NCBI GenBank assembly: GCA_046757525.1
Contig: JBHHYI010000087.1
Coordinates: 1-18,241 of the forward strand
Origin: a bacterium
GTDB taxonomy: Bacteria; Zhuqueibacterota; Zhuqueibacteria; Oceanimicrobiales; Oceanimicrobiaceae
DNA length: 18,241 nt
Direction of reading: 5' to 3'
Positions 9,328 through 16,743 of the stretch are shown in pieces; positions within the stretch are counted from its first letter, which is position 1, and each line of letters begins with the position of its first letter. The notes beneath the pieces are model-generated. The model was not told where the DNA came from. It searched no databases and worked only from the letters and a program-made list of their open reading frames with translations. A program made the translations under genes and the position numbers.

Positions 9328-9627
9328 TTGATCTCGCCCATAATGAAAGCATTCTTGCAAATTTTAACCTTTCTCTCTCGAAATTCTGCTCTCCTTGTAG
9401 CTTCAATCTTTCGTATTGACAGCTTCTCAAGTTTGGCCGATCATTTCTGATTACGAAAATATTAAGGTTTCTGAGTTTGTTATGGTATTACCAGTTGAGT
9501 CTTCATTGTTTTCGCAAGAGAAATTTTGGGCTTCCGTGCAGTCGATTGTGTTTAATTGCTTGCAGCTTCGCTGCGCCAGGGTGTTGGCCAGCGGGGTTGC
9601 CGGGCACTTTTAAGTAGGGAATTGAAA

Positions 9628-10164
9628 ATGAGGTATTCACTGATCTTTTTGACTTTTTTGTTTCTTGCGGTTGTTTGTGCCGGAAACTCGGCGATGAGCG
9701 CTGAAAAGAATTCAGAAAAAAAAGCGTTTTTGACAAAAGTGCTTGAAGATTCCACTCAAAATTCTATATTAAGGAAACCGAGAAAAAAGTCTCCTACTGG
9801 CGCGCTGGTGCGTACATTGTTTATTCCAGGTTGGGGGCAGTGGTACAACGAACAAAAGGTTAAAGCGGTTGTGGCTTTTTCTGCGCGAGCTTTCCTGGTG
9901 GGGTTGGCCATCTACTACAACAACCGGGTTCAAAATGCAGCGAACTCCTCCGCGAAGGAGACCTACAGAGACCGGAGAAATCTAACCTACTGGCTGATAG
10001 GTGGCGTCACCCTGATCAGCATGTTAGACGCTTACGTCGATGCTTATCTATTTGATTTTGATGAGGGACCCGATTTGTCCATGAGAATGGGGGTTATTCG
10101 ACAGACAAATGAAGCAGCCGTGAATCCAGCAATCGTCGGTTTTTCACTTAGAGCAAAGTTTTGA
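9628..10164 (+). CDS. Exported hypothetical protein, DUF5683-like (conserved PGWGQWYN motif)
   Basis: I take the start as ATG 9628 (MRYSLIFLTFLFLAVVCAGNSAMSA, a signal peptide) rather than the track's 9556, which lacks an RBS and runs through the hairpin region. The motif LFIPGWGQWYNEQKVKAVVAF...GLAIYYNN resembles the Bacteroidetes/Chlorobi DUF5683 family; this is from memory and unverified. Confidence 0.6.
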   Translation: MRYSLIFLTFLFLAVVCAGNSAMSAEKNSEKKAFLTKVLEDSTQNSILRKPRKKSPTGALVRTLFIPGWGQWYNEQKVKAVVAFSARAFLVGLAIYYNNRVQNAANSSAKETYRDRRNLTYWLIGGVTLISMLDAYVDAYLFDFDEGPDLSMRMGVIRQTNEAAVNPAIVGFSLRAKF

Positions 10165-10194
10165 CAAGCGCCACTAATCAGAGGGAGGCATTTT

Positions 10195-11577
10195 ATGGGC
10201 GTAGACGGTAATGAACGTGGAGCATGGTCGTCGAAGCTTGGGTTTATCCTGGCGGGCGCCGGTTCTGCCATTGGACTGGGCAACATCTGGAGGTTCCCGA
10301 CCACAGCCGGGCAAAACGGAGGCGCTGCCTTTGTTTTTGTTTATCTGCTCGCCGTGGTGTTTATCTGCCTGGCAGTCATGATAGCAGAGTTGACTTTGGG
10401 GCGCCACACTCAGAGGAATCCGGTTGGCGTTTACAAAACCCTGGCACCGGGCAGTAGCTGGAAGTATTTAGGCATCCTTGGGGTGTTGACCGGTTGGGGT
10501 ATTTCCTCTTTTTACAGTGTGGTTGCCGGTTGGACTTTAGGCTATATTTTTAAGACGGCTGTGGGTACTTTCAGTCACGCGAACCCGGACCAGATTGCCT
10601 CCATGTTTACCCACTTTGTGAGCAATCCCGTAGCCACCATTGGATTTCACGCGGCATTCATGGCCATTACCATGTACATTCTTTTTGGCGGTGTGAGGGC
10701 AGGCATTGAACGTTGGTCCAAAATATTAATGCCGATCTTGTTGGTCATACTGGTCTTATTGGTCATTCGTTCTGTTACCTTAGAAGGCGCGGAAAAAGGT
10801 TTGGCGTTTTATATGAAACCTAAATGGAGTGAGCTGACCGGACGGGGTGTGCTGGCTGCCGTGGGACAGGCGTTTTTTTCACTGAGCTTGGGTATGGGCA
10901 CGATGATCACCTACGGCAGTTATTTGACCAAGAAAGAAAACATCGTTTCCTCTGCGGCCTGGGTTTGTTCTCTGGACACCCTCATCGCCTTGTTAGCCGG
11001 TTTGGCCATCTTTCCAGCCATCTTTGCTGTGGGTCTAAAACCGACCATCGGTGCCGGTTTGATTTTTGTGGTCCTACCGAACATTTTCAACAAGATATTC
11101 CTGGGCAATCTATTCGGCGCTGGCTTTTTTATTTTGCTGGCCATTGCTGCCGTAACCTCTTTGATTTCAATTGTTGAAGTGCCGGCGGCTTATTTCATCG
11201 ATGAGCTGAAATGGTCCAGAAAAAAAGCAGTTTGGGTGTCCGGCGCCGGCGCGTTTGTCGCCGGAATTCCTGCGGCCTTGAGTCTTGGAGCCGTGGGTTG
11301 GTTGTCGGGTTTGCTCAACATCGAAGGCAGAAACTATGGCTTTTTAGATTTAATGAATCTGCTTTTTGGGCAATACTCACTGATCGTCGGTTCCCTGGGC
11401 GTTGCCATATTCCTGGGTTGGAAATGGGGGACAGCTAACGCCAACACCGAGATTTTAGAGGGGCACCCGCGCTTTAAGAATAAGATGACGTTCGCTTTTT
11501 TTATTCGATTTTTTGCCCCCATCGCGATTGCTGGTTTGCTGATCTATTTGATTCTGAATCCTAATGCGTTTGCTTAG
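10195..11577 (+). CDS. Sodium-dependent transporter, SNF/NSS (neurotransmitter:sodium symporter) family
   Basis: 460 aa. NSS signature GLGNIWRFP near the N-terminus (WSSKLGFILAGAGSAIGLGNIWRFPTTAGQNGGAAF) and about 11-12 TM helices. SD GAGGGAGG upstream. Confidence 0.92.
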   Translation: MGVDGNERGAWSSKLGFILAGAGSAIGLGNIWRFPTTAGQNGGAAFVFVYLLAVVFICLAVMIAELTLGRHTQRNPVGVYKTLAPGSSWKYLGILGVLTGWGISSFYSVVAGWTLGYIFKTAVGTFSHANPDQIASMFTHFVSNPVATIGFHAAFMAITMYILFGGVRAGIERWSKILMPILLVILVLLVIRSVTLEGAEKGLAFYMKPKWSELTGRGVLAAVGQAFFSLSLGMGTMITYGSYLTKKENIVSSAAWVCSLDTLIALLAGLAIFPAIFAVGLKPTIGAGLIFVVLPNIFNKIFLGNLFGAGFFILLAIAAVTSLISIVEVPAAYFIDELKWSRKKAVWVSGAGAFVAGIPAALSLGAVGWLSGLLNIEGRNYGFLDLMNLLFGQYSLIVGSLGVAIFLGWKWGTANANTEILEGHPRFKNKMTFAFFIRFFAPIAIAGLLIYLILNPNAFA

Positions 11578-11995
11578 GTGGTTGTCAGAACAAAGGAATA
11601 GCTCTCTGCTGGTTTTGTTGGTCCTGGTGCACACGTTGCCGGGCGTGGGCATCTGCTACGGGCAGAGCCCAGGCTCGTCCCAGAAATTTGAACGTTTCAG
11701 CCCGGCGCTTGTTGTGAAAAAAGACCGCCCCCCGGACCGCTGGTTGGGCCACGACAAAGTCAAGCACTTTTTGGCCAGCGCATTCATCACCGGTGCTGGG
11801 TTTCTGCTGATGCACGATCCGCTGGATTGGTCGGAAAACGATGCGGTTTACGGCAGCAGCGCGCTCTCGTTTAGTGTGGGTCTAAGCAAGGAACTCTATG
11901 ACTGGAAAAGCAAGAAGGGACAGGCCAGCTTTAAGGATTTGTTTGCAGATCTGTTAGGCTTGGGCTTTGCCGTGTTTCTTATCAAAATAACATGA
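11564..11995 (+). CDS. Hypothetical exported protein or lipoprotein with a conserved-looking DKVKHF...KELYDW core
   Basis: 143 aa. Overlaps the SNF stop by 14 nt. Signal-peptide-like region (SSLLVLLVLVHTLPGVGICYGQ), then two amphipathic or TM segments. The family is unknown to me (possibly a small DUF lipoprotein family). Confidence 0.5.
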   Translation: MRLLRWLSEQRNSSLLVLLVLVHTLPGVGICYGQSPGSSQKFERFSPALVVKKDRPPDRWLGHDKVKHFLASAFITGAGFLLMHDPLDWSENDAVYGSSALSFSVGLSKELYDWKSKKGQASFKDLFADLLGLGFAVFLIKIT

Positions 11996-12004
11996 AGGTT
12001 GGCA

Positions 12005-13420
12005 TTGTCAAGACAGGGTAACGAACTCGACAAACCTCGGTGTAATTGTGCGGTTGTGGGCGTGTACGGCCATCCGGACGCTTCGGTATTTGCGTACCAG
12101 TGCCTCTACGCTTTGCAGCACCGCGGACAGGAGAGCTCGGGCATCGTTTCCAGCGATGGTGCCAAAGTGTACCGCCACGTTGGCATGGGCTTGGTCAACG
12201 ACGTCTTCTCCGATTTTACACTGCTGAGAAGCCTGCAAGGCCCCCTGGCAGTGGGCCACAACCGCTACTCTACCACGGGTTCAACTTTGCTGCACAACGC
12301 CCAACCGTTTCTGGTCGATTTTAAAGATGGCCCCCTGGCCATTTCCCACAACGGCAACCTGATCAACTCCACGGTTCTGCGGGAAAATTTAGTGGAAGAG
12401 GGTTCCATCTTCCAAACCACCACCGACACCGAGGTGGTTTTGCATCTGATGGCACGATCCAGGGAAAAGAACCTGGTTGGCAAAATTCAGTACGCCTTCT
12501 CGCGGGTCTGCGGGGCCTATTCCATGGTGCTGATTACGCGGGACAAGATCGTTGGCGTGCGCGATCCGCGGGGCTGGCGCCCACTTTGTTTAGGGAAAAA
12601 GGAGGAGGCTTATTTCATCGTGTCGGAGTCGTGTGCTCTGGACCTCATCGGGGCTGAATATTTGCGGGAAATCGAACCCGGTGAGATTTTGGTGCTGGAC
12701 CAGAAAGGCCCTCATTCCTACTGGCTCAAGGAAAAGGCGCCGCGCACCGCGTGTATTTTTGAATACGTCTACTTCTCCAGGCCGGACAGCAAGATCTTCA
12801 ACGAAAACGTGGACAAGGCCCGCAGAAAACTGGGCAAGAATTTAGCCCTGGAGCATCCGGTGGAGGCCGACATCGTCATCGCCGTGCCGGATTCTTCCAA
12901 CACGGCTGCCCTGGGGTACGCCAGCAGATCTGGGATTAAGTTTGAGATCGGCCTGATCAGAAATCACTACGTGGGCCGCACCTTCATTCACCCCGATCAA
13001 ACCGTGCGGGACTTTAAGGCGCGCGTAAAGTTCAATCCGGTAGAAGGGGTTCTCAAAGGTCGACGGGTGGTCGTGGTGGAGGATTCCATCGTGCGCGGGA
13101 CCACCCTCAGGCAATTGACAAAGATGTTGCGCCGGGCCGGGGCCAGGGAGGTTCACGTGCGCGTAAGTTCGCCTCCCATTGTGGCGCCCTGTTTTTACGG
13201 CATGGATTTTCCCACTAAAGAGGAACTCATCGCTTCTAACAAAACCGTCGAAGAGATTCGAGAATATTTAGGGGTCGATAGCCTGGGCTACCTTTCTTTG
13301 CAGGGCATGGTCGATGCGGTCTCTGATGGGCAGCAAGGCTTTTGTGACGCCTGCTTCACAGGAAATTACCCGGTTCCACCGCGAACTGAGGTGAACAAAT
13401 TTCAATATGAAAACAAGTGA
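12005..13420 (+). CDS. purF: Amidophosphoribosyltransferase (glutamine PRPP amidotransferase) with N-terminal propeptide and [4Fe-4S] Cys ligands
   Basis: Ntn catalytic Cys in ...PRCN|CAVVGVYG (compare B. subtilis ...EEC|GVFGIWG). Motifs QHRGQESSGIV, the PRTase motif VVVVEDSIVRGTT, and cluster cysteines (CFYGMDFPT; CDACFTGNYP). The start is uncertain: TTG 12005 has GAAGG 6 nt upstream, while TTG 11999 is the first in-frame start but directly abuts the SD. Confidence 0.92.
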   Translation: MSRQGNELDKPRCNCAVVGVYGHPDASVFAYQCLYALQHRGQESSGIVSSDGAKVYRHVGMGLVNDVFSDFTLLRSLQGPLAVGHNRYSTTGSTLLHNAQPFLVDFKDGPLAISHNGNLINSTVLRENLVEEGSIFQTTTDTEVVLHLMARSREKNLVGKIQYAFSRVCGAYSMVLITRDKIVGVRDPRGWRPLCLGKKEEAYFIVSESCALDLIGAEYLREIEPGEILVLDQKGPHSYWLKEKAPRTACIFEYVYFSRPDSKIFNENVDKARRKLGKNLALEHPVEADIVIAVPDSSNTAALGYASRSGIKFEIGLIRNHYVGRTFIHPDQTVRDFKARVKFNPVEGVLKGRRVVVVEDSIVRGTTLRQLTKMLRRAGAREVHVRVSSPPIVAPCFYGMDFPTKEELIASNKTVEEIREYLGVDSLGYLSLQGMVDAVSDGQQGFCDACFTGNYPVPPRTEVNKFQYENK

Positions 13421-14372
13421 CAAAATCTTAAAACCACTTGATTACATTTTTGTTCTCAGACCCACGCTGTTCTTTCCGGTCTGGACCGTATTTTTGTCCG
13501 GGTTTTTTGTCCAGCAAAAGTTCGGCACGAGCGTTGCAGGTTCCAACGACCATACACTGGTCCTTGGTCATCTGCACCACACTTATTTCTGGGTCGGTCT
13601 GTCTTTGACGTTTTTGATGGGTGCCGTTTTTATCCTGAACCAGATTGAAGACCGGGTCACGGACCACCAGAATCGCAAGTTATTTTTGATCGCGCACGGA
13701 CATTTAACGCCCAAAGCCGCCGCCATCGAGGCAGCCATTCTTATTGTGCCCTCGCTGATTTTCGCGTTTGTTTTTGCACCCCTTATGGGGCTGCTCTTTC
13801 TTGCCTTGTTGCTGTTTACCGGATTGATTTACAGCCATAAGCCTTTTAGCTGGAAGGACAAGCCGCTTTTGGGGTTGCTCACCAATATCCTGGGCGCTTA
13901 TTTGATCTTCATCGGCGGTTGGATCGTTGCGGGCAAGGTGAACCGGAACCTGATGGTGCACGCGCTGCCCTATGCCGCAGCGGTGGCAGCCGTCTATTTG
14001 TACACCACCTTGCCGGACCTCGAAGGAGATGCCGCTTCCAAAAAGGTGACTTTTGGGGTCAAATATGGCTTTAACGCGACCGTCTATTGCGGCCTCCTGT
14101 TTGAGACCCTGTCCGTGATTGCCGCTTACATGTTGAACGATGAAATCATATTCTACCCTGCTTTCTTTTCCTGGCCCTTTTTCATGTGGGCGGCGATTAA
14201 GTTGAAGCCGCGGGATGTGATTCGGGCCATCAAGTATCCTATTCTGCTGTTGTCGTTGACAGTCTGTATTAAACTGCCAAATTATTTTTTCTTGCTGGTA
14301 GGGGTTTATTTTATTTCTAAGGTTTACTACAAATTGAGATTTGGGCTTGATTACCCCAATATGGCGGCTTAG
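13407..14372 (+). CDS. UbiA-superfamily membrane prenyltransferase (divergent first Asp motif)
   Basis: 321 aa, about 8-9 TM helices. First Asp-rich motif in the TM2-3 loop is NQIEDRVTD (N-x-x-x-D-R-x-x-D, like the heme O synthase/DGGGPS variants). Second motif is LPDLEGDAASKKVTFGVKYG (D-x-E-G-D...K-K-T...G), typical of the UbiA family. Overlaps the purF stop. Confidence 0.75.
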   Translation: MKTSDKILKPLDYIFVLRPTLFFPVWTVFLSGFFVQQKFGTSVAGSNDHTLVLGHLHHTYFWVGLSLTFLMGAVFILNQIEDRVTDHQNRKLFLIAHGHLTPKAAAIEAAILIVPSLIFAFVFAPLMGLLFLALLLFTGLIYSHKPFSWKDKPLLGLLTNILGAYLIFIGGWIVAGKVNRNLMVHALPYAAAVAAVYLYTTLPDLEGDAASKKVTFGVKYGFNATVYCGLLFETLSVIAAYMLNDEIIFYPAFFSWPFFMWAAIKLKPRDVIRAIKYPILLLSLTVCIKLPNYFFLLVGVYFISKVYYKLRFGLDYPNMAA

Positions 14373-14444
14373 CTTAACTCGGCAACGTGGGGCAATGGTT
14401 AGAAGGTGGTGCGCCCCTCATAAAACACTAGTGGAAAAGGAGAT

Positions 14445-14795
14445 ATGGAACCCAAGATTCTAATGATCGGCAGGACTCAGAAAGTGATTGACATACTATT
14501 GACTGAACTGCGAAAGTTTGGTAGAGATGTCATCGGAACAGATTCAAAAGAAACGGTGGAGGACATCCTAAGAAATCAGCCTACTGACCTGGTTGTGATG
14601 GGTGCCGGATTGCCTGAGCAGGTTCGGGAAGAAATGACCGCATTTATTCATTCCATTAAACCGGGGTTACCCGTTCATTTAATACAGCGTACCAAAGACG
14701 GCGGTCCCAGCAAAATGATTCCCTTTACCAATGAAAAAGCGGTAGAGTTCAAAATAGAAAAGACGCTGGGCAACAAAGCTTCTAACCTACTATGA
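14445..14795 (+). CDS. Small alpha/beta (pseudo-receiver-like or flavodoxin-like fold) hypothetical protein, translationally coupled to the ferredoxin
   Basis: 116 aa. Perfect SD AAGGAG. Alternating beta-alpha pattern (KILMIG / DVIGT / DLVVMGAGLP / PVHLIQ / KP) resembling a CheY-like receiver with the acidic pocket and phospho-Asp replaced (GR..., MGAG). Stop overlaps the ferredoxin ATG (ATGA). Noticeably lower GC than the flanking genes. Confidence 0.55.
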   Translation: MEPKILMIGRTQKVIDILLTELRKFGRDVIGTDSKETVEDILRNQPTDLVVMGAGLPEQVREEMTAFIHSIKPGLPVHLIQRTKDGGPSKMIPFTNEKAVEFKIEKTLGNKASNLL

Positions 14796-15001
14796 TTGGC
14801 ATCATCAACGACAAATGCGATTTTTGCGGTACTTGCGTGGCTGTTTGCCCCGTCGATTGTATCGATTTGTACGAAGCGAGGATCGAGATCACCGAGAAGT
14901 GCATCGACTGCATGCTGTGTGTTTGGATTTGTCCGGTTGAAACCCTGGCGCCGCTGCAAGAGATGGAGGAGGCATCTTGCGAGACAGCTATGACTGCATA
15001 G
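14792..15001 (+). CDS. 2[4Fe-4S] ferredoxin (clostridial type)
   Basis: 69 aa with two CxxCxxCxxxCP motifs (CDFCGTCVAVCP; CIDCMLCVWICP). Overlaps the GGR start, so it is co-translated with GGR. Confidence 0.8.
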   Translation: MIGIINDKCDFCGTCVAVCPVDCIDLYEARIEITEKCIDCMLCVWICPVETLAPLQEMEEASCETAMTA

Positions 15002-16161
15002 TTGTGGGTGGTGGCCCTGGCGGGGCGTGGGCTGCAAAATATGCGGCAGAGAAAGGGGCGCGGGTGCTGCTGTTGGAGAAGGACCGCGAAATCGGAACGC
15101 CGGTGCGTTGCGCCGAGGCTGTGGGCGAACGCGGGCTCAATATGGTGGTGGAGCCACAACCGCGCTGGGTCACCAACGTCATCGAAGGGGCGGTTCTCGT
15201 GGCACCAGACGGCAAGGAAGTGGTGTTGGAAAGCGAAAAAGAGGGCGACCGCGGCCTCATGCTCGACCGGAAGATCTTCGATTATGACCTGGTTCAGTTG
15301 GCCACCATGCAGGGCGTCGAGGTGATGACTAAAGCCTATGTTTACGGACTGATTAAGAACAACGGTGCGGTCAAAGGGGTCCGGGTGCAGCACATGGGCA
15401 GCAATCTGGAAATTCGTTCCAGACTGGTCATCGGCGCTGACGGCGTCGAATCGCGTGTGGGCCGCTGGGGTGGCCTGCGCACCAACATCAAAATGAAAGA
15501 CATGGAAAGCTGCCTCCAGATGACCCTTTCTAACATCAAGGTGGAACCAAAATATGTCTATTTTTACTTTGGCCATGAGGTCGCACCCGGCGGCTACCTT
15601 TGGGTGTTTCCCAAGAATGACCGGGTGGCAAATGTGGGCCTGGGCATTTCAGGAGAATACGCCCGCTTCAAATCTGCCAGGCAATACCTAAAGCAGTTTA
15701 TCGACAAGCATTTCCCGCACGCCGCGGTGCTGTACACGGTGGTAGGGGGCGTACCCTGTGCTCCGACCTTGAAAAAAATCACGGCGGACGGGCTGATGCT
15801 GGTGGGAGATGCCGCCCATCAAGTGAATCCGATTTCGGGTGGTGGCATCGTGACCGCCATGATTGCCGGCAAAATGGCCGGATGCGTGGCGGCCCAGGCG
15901 ATCGCCACCGATGACCTGTCGGATAAGGCCCTGGCAAGATACGCAGCCGATTGGCATCAGGCCGAGGGAAAAAACCACGAAAGGTTTTACAAAATTAAAA
16001 AGGGGGTGTACAAACTGACCGATGAGGATTTGAACAAAACGGCTGACGCGGTTTTGCGTTTGCCGCCTGAGAAGCGGACCATCATCAACATATTCAAATC
16101 GGCGCTGGTGAATCACCCCCGACTTATTCTGGATGTGCTCAAAGTGTTTATGAAGAATTAA
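14977..16161 (+). CDS. Geranylgeranyl reductase family FAD-dependent oxidoreductase (archaeal GGR/ChlP-like); TTG start
   Basis: 394 aa. Rossmann motif YDCIVVGGGPGGAWAA...LLLEK; catalytic-Cys motif PVRCAEAV; GGR signature YxWxFP-x7-GxG (GGYLWVFPKNDRVANVGLG); FAD motif LVGDAAHQVNPISGGGI. SD GGAGGAGG lies 4 nt before TTG 14977. Confidence 0.9.
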   Translation: MRDSYDCIVVGGGPGGAWAAKYAAEKGARVLLLEKDREIGTPVRCAEAVGERGLNMVVEPQPRWVTNVIEGAVLVAPDGKEVVLESEKEGDRGLMLDRKIFDYDLVQLATMQGVEVMTKAYVYGLIKNNGAVKGVRVQHMGSNLEIRSRLVIGADGVESRVGRWGGLRTNIKMKDMESCLQMTLSNIKVEPKYVYFYFGHEVAPGGYLWVFPKNDRVANVGLGISGEYARFKSARQYLKQFIDKHFPHAAVLYTVVGGVPCAPTLKKITADGLMLVGDAAHQVNPISGGGIVTAMIAGKMAGCVAAQAIATDDLSDKALARYAADWHQAEGKNHERFYKIKKGVYKLTDEDLNKTADAVLRLPPEKRTIINIFKSALVNHPRLILDVLKVFMKN

Positions 16162-16179
16162 TGACGCTCAGGAATTCTC

Positions 16180-16734
16180 GTGAAGGTTAAGGATATCTTT
16201 TACATTTCCAATTTGCTCAGTCTTTCGAGAGTGGTTCTCGTGGGCCCGATTTTTTATTTTTTGAAATTGCAGACGCCCACCGCCAAGTATTGGGCTGTCG
16301 TGTTTATGCTGGTAGCCGCAGCCACAGACATATTCGATGGCCGTCTGGCCAGGAGGTTAAATCAGGTTTCCGATTATGGCCGCATTATCGATCCCGTAGC
16401 CGACAAGATTGGGATTGCCGTGGTGGCGATCGTTTTGGTGACTACCAGAGGTTTGCCTCTATGGTACCTCATCGCAATTGTGGCACGCGATGCGACCATA
16501 TTGGTTTTCGGTCTGTTCTTGGTTCAGCGAACCAAAAGAGTGGTCGAATCCAACAAGATCGGCAAGGTGACGGTGACGGCGTTGGGCGCCGTAGTGATCG
16601 TGTTTACGCTGCAAATCGATGCGGTTAAATGGGTCTTCCTTTGGATCAGTGTGGGACTGCTGGCCCTGTCCTCCGCGAGTTATTTTTGGAAACTAATTAC
16701 TTTGTTGAAGCAGCAAAGCCAGGAGTTTGCTTGA
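16180..16734 (+). CDS. pgsA: CDP-alcohol phosphatidyltransferase, PgsA-like (phosphatidylglycerophosphate synthase); GTG start
   Basis: 184 aa. Family motif D-G-x2-A-R-x8-G-x3-D-x3-D (TDIFDGRLARRLNQVSDYGRIIDPVADKIG). Size and TM layout closely parallel E. coli PgsA ([32 protein letters not shown]). Confidence 0.85.
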   Translation: MKVKDIFYISNLLSLSRVVLVGPIFYFLKLQTPTAKYWAVVFMLVAAATDIFDGRLARRLNQVSDYGRIIDPVADKIGIAVVAIVLVTTRGLPLWYLIAIVARDATILVFGLFLVQRTKRVVESNKIGKVTVTALGAVVIVFTLQIDAVKWVFLWISVGLLALSSASYFWKLITLLKQQSQEFA

Positions 16735-16743
16735 GAAACGGCG

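Noticed and set aside
9556-9627. Upstream extension of the DUF5683-like ORF (track start 9556) and the 65-aa ORF 9416..9613
   Set aside because: The extension adds a non-hydrophobic, Arg/Gly-rich 24-aa head ahead of an obvious signal peptide and has no RBS. The internal ATG 9628 has a GGGAA RBS and begins exactly at the signal peptide. The 9416..9613 ORF has no RBS and overlaps the hairpin region.
14373-14444. tRNA-like fragment (GGTTAGAAGG D-loop-like string, GGGGC...GCCCC stem)
   Set aside because: At 72 nt there is no acceptor-stem complementarity, no T-psi-C motif (GTTCRA) and no cloverleaf can be drawn. It is probably just the spacer carrying the strong RBS of the 116-aa gene.
14782-15576. 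264-aa minus-strand ORF
   Set aside because: Antisense shadow of the GC-rich GGR gene, which has unambiguous conserved motifs on the + strand. The same reasoning applies to 16680..17390 (-) inside ftsY, 453..1060 (-) inside amtB, 1508..1921 (-) across glnK, 2063..2623 (-) inside glnA and 5859..6518 (-) inside groEL.
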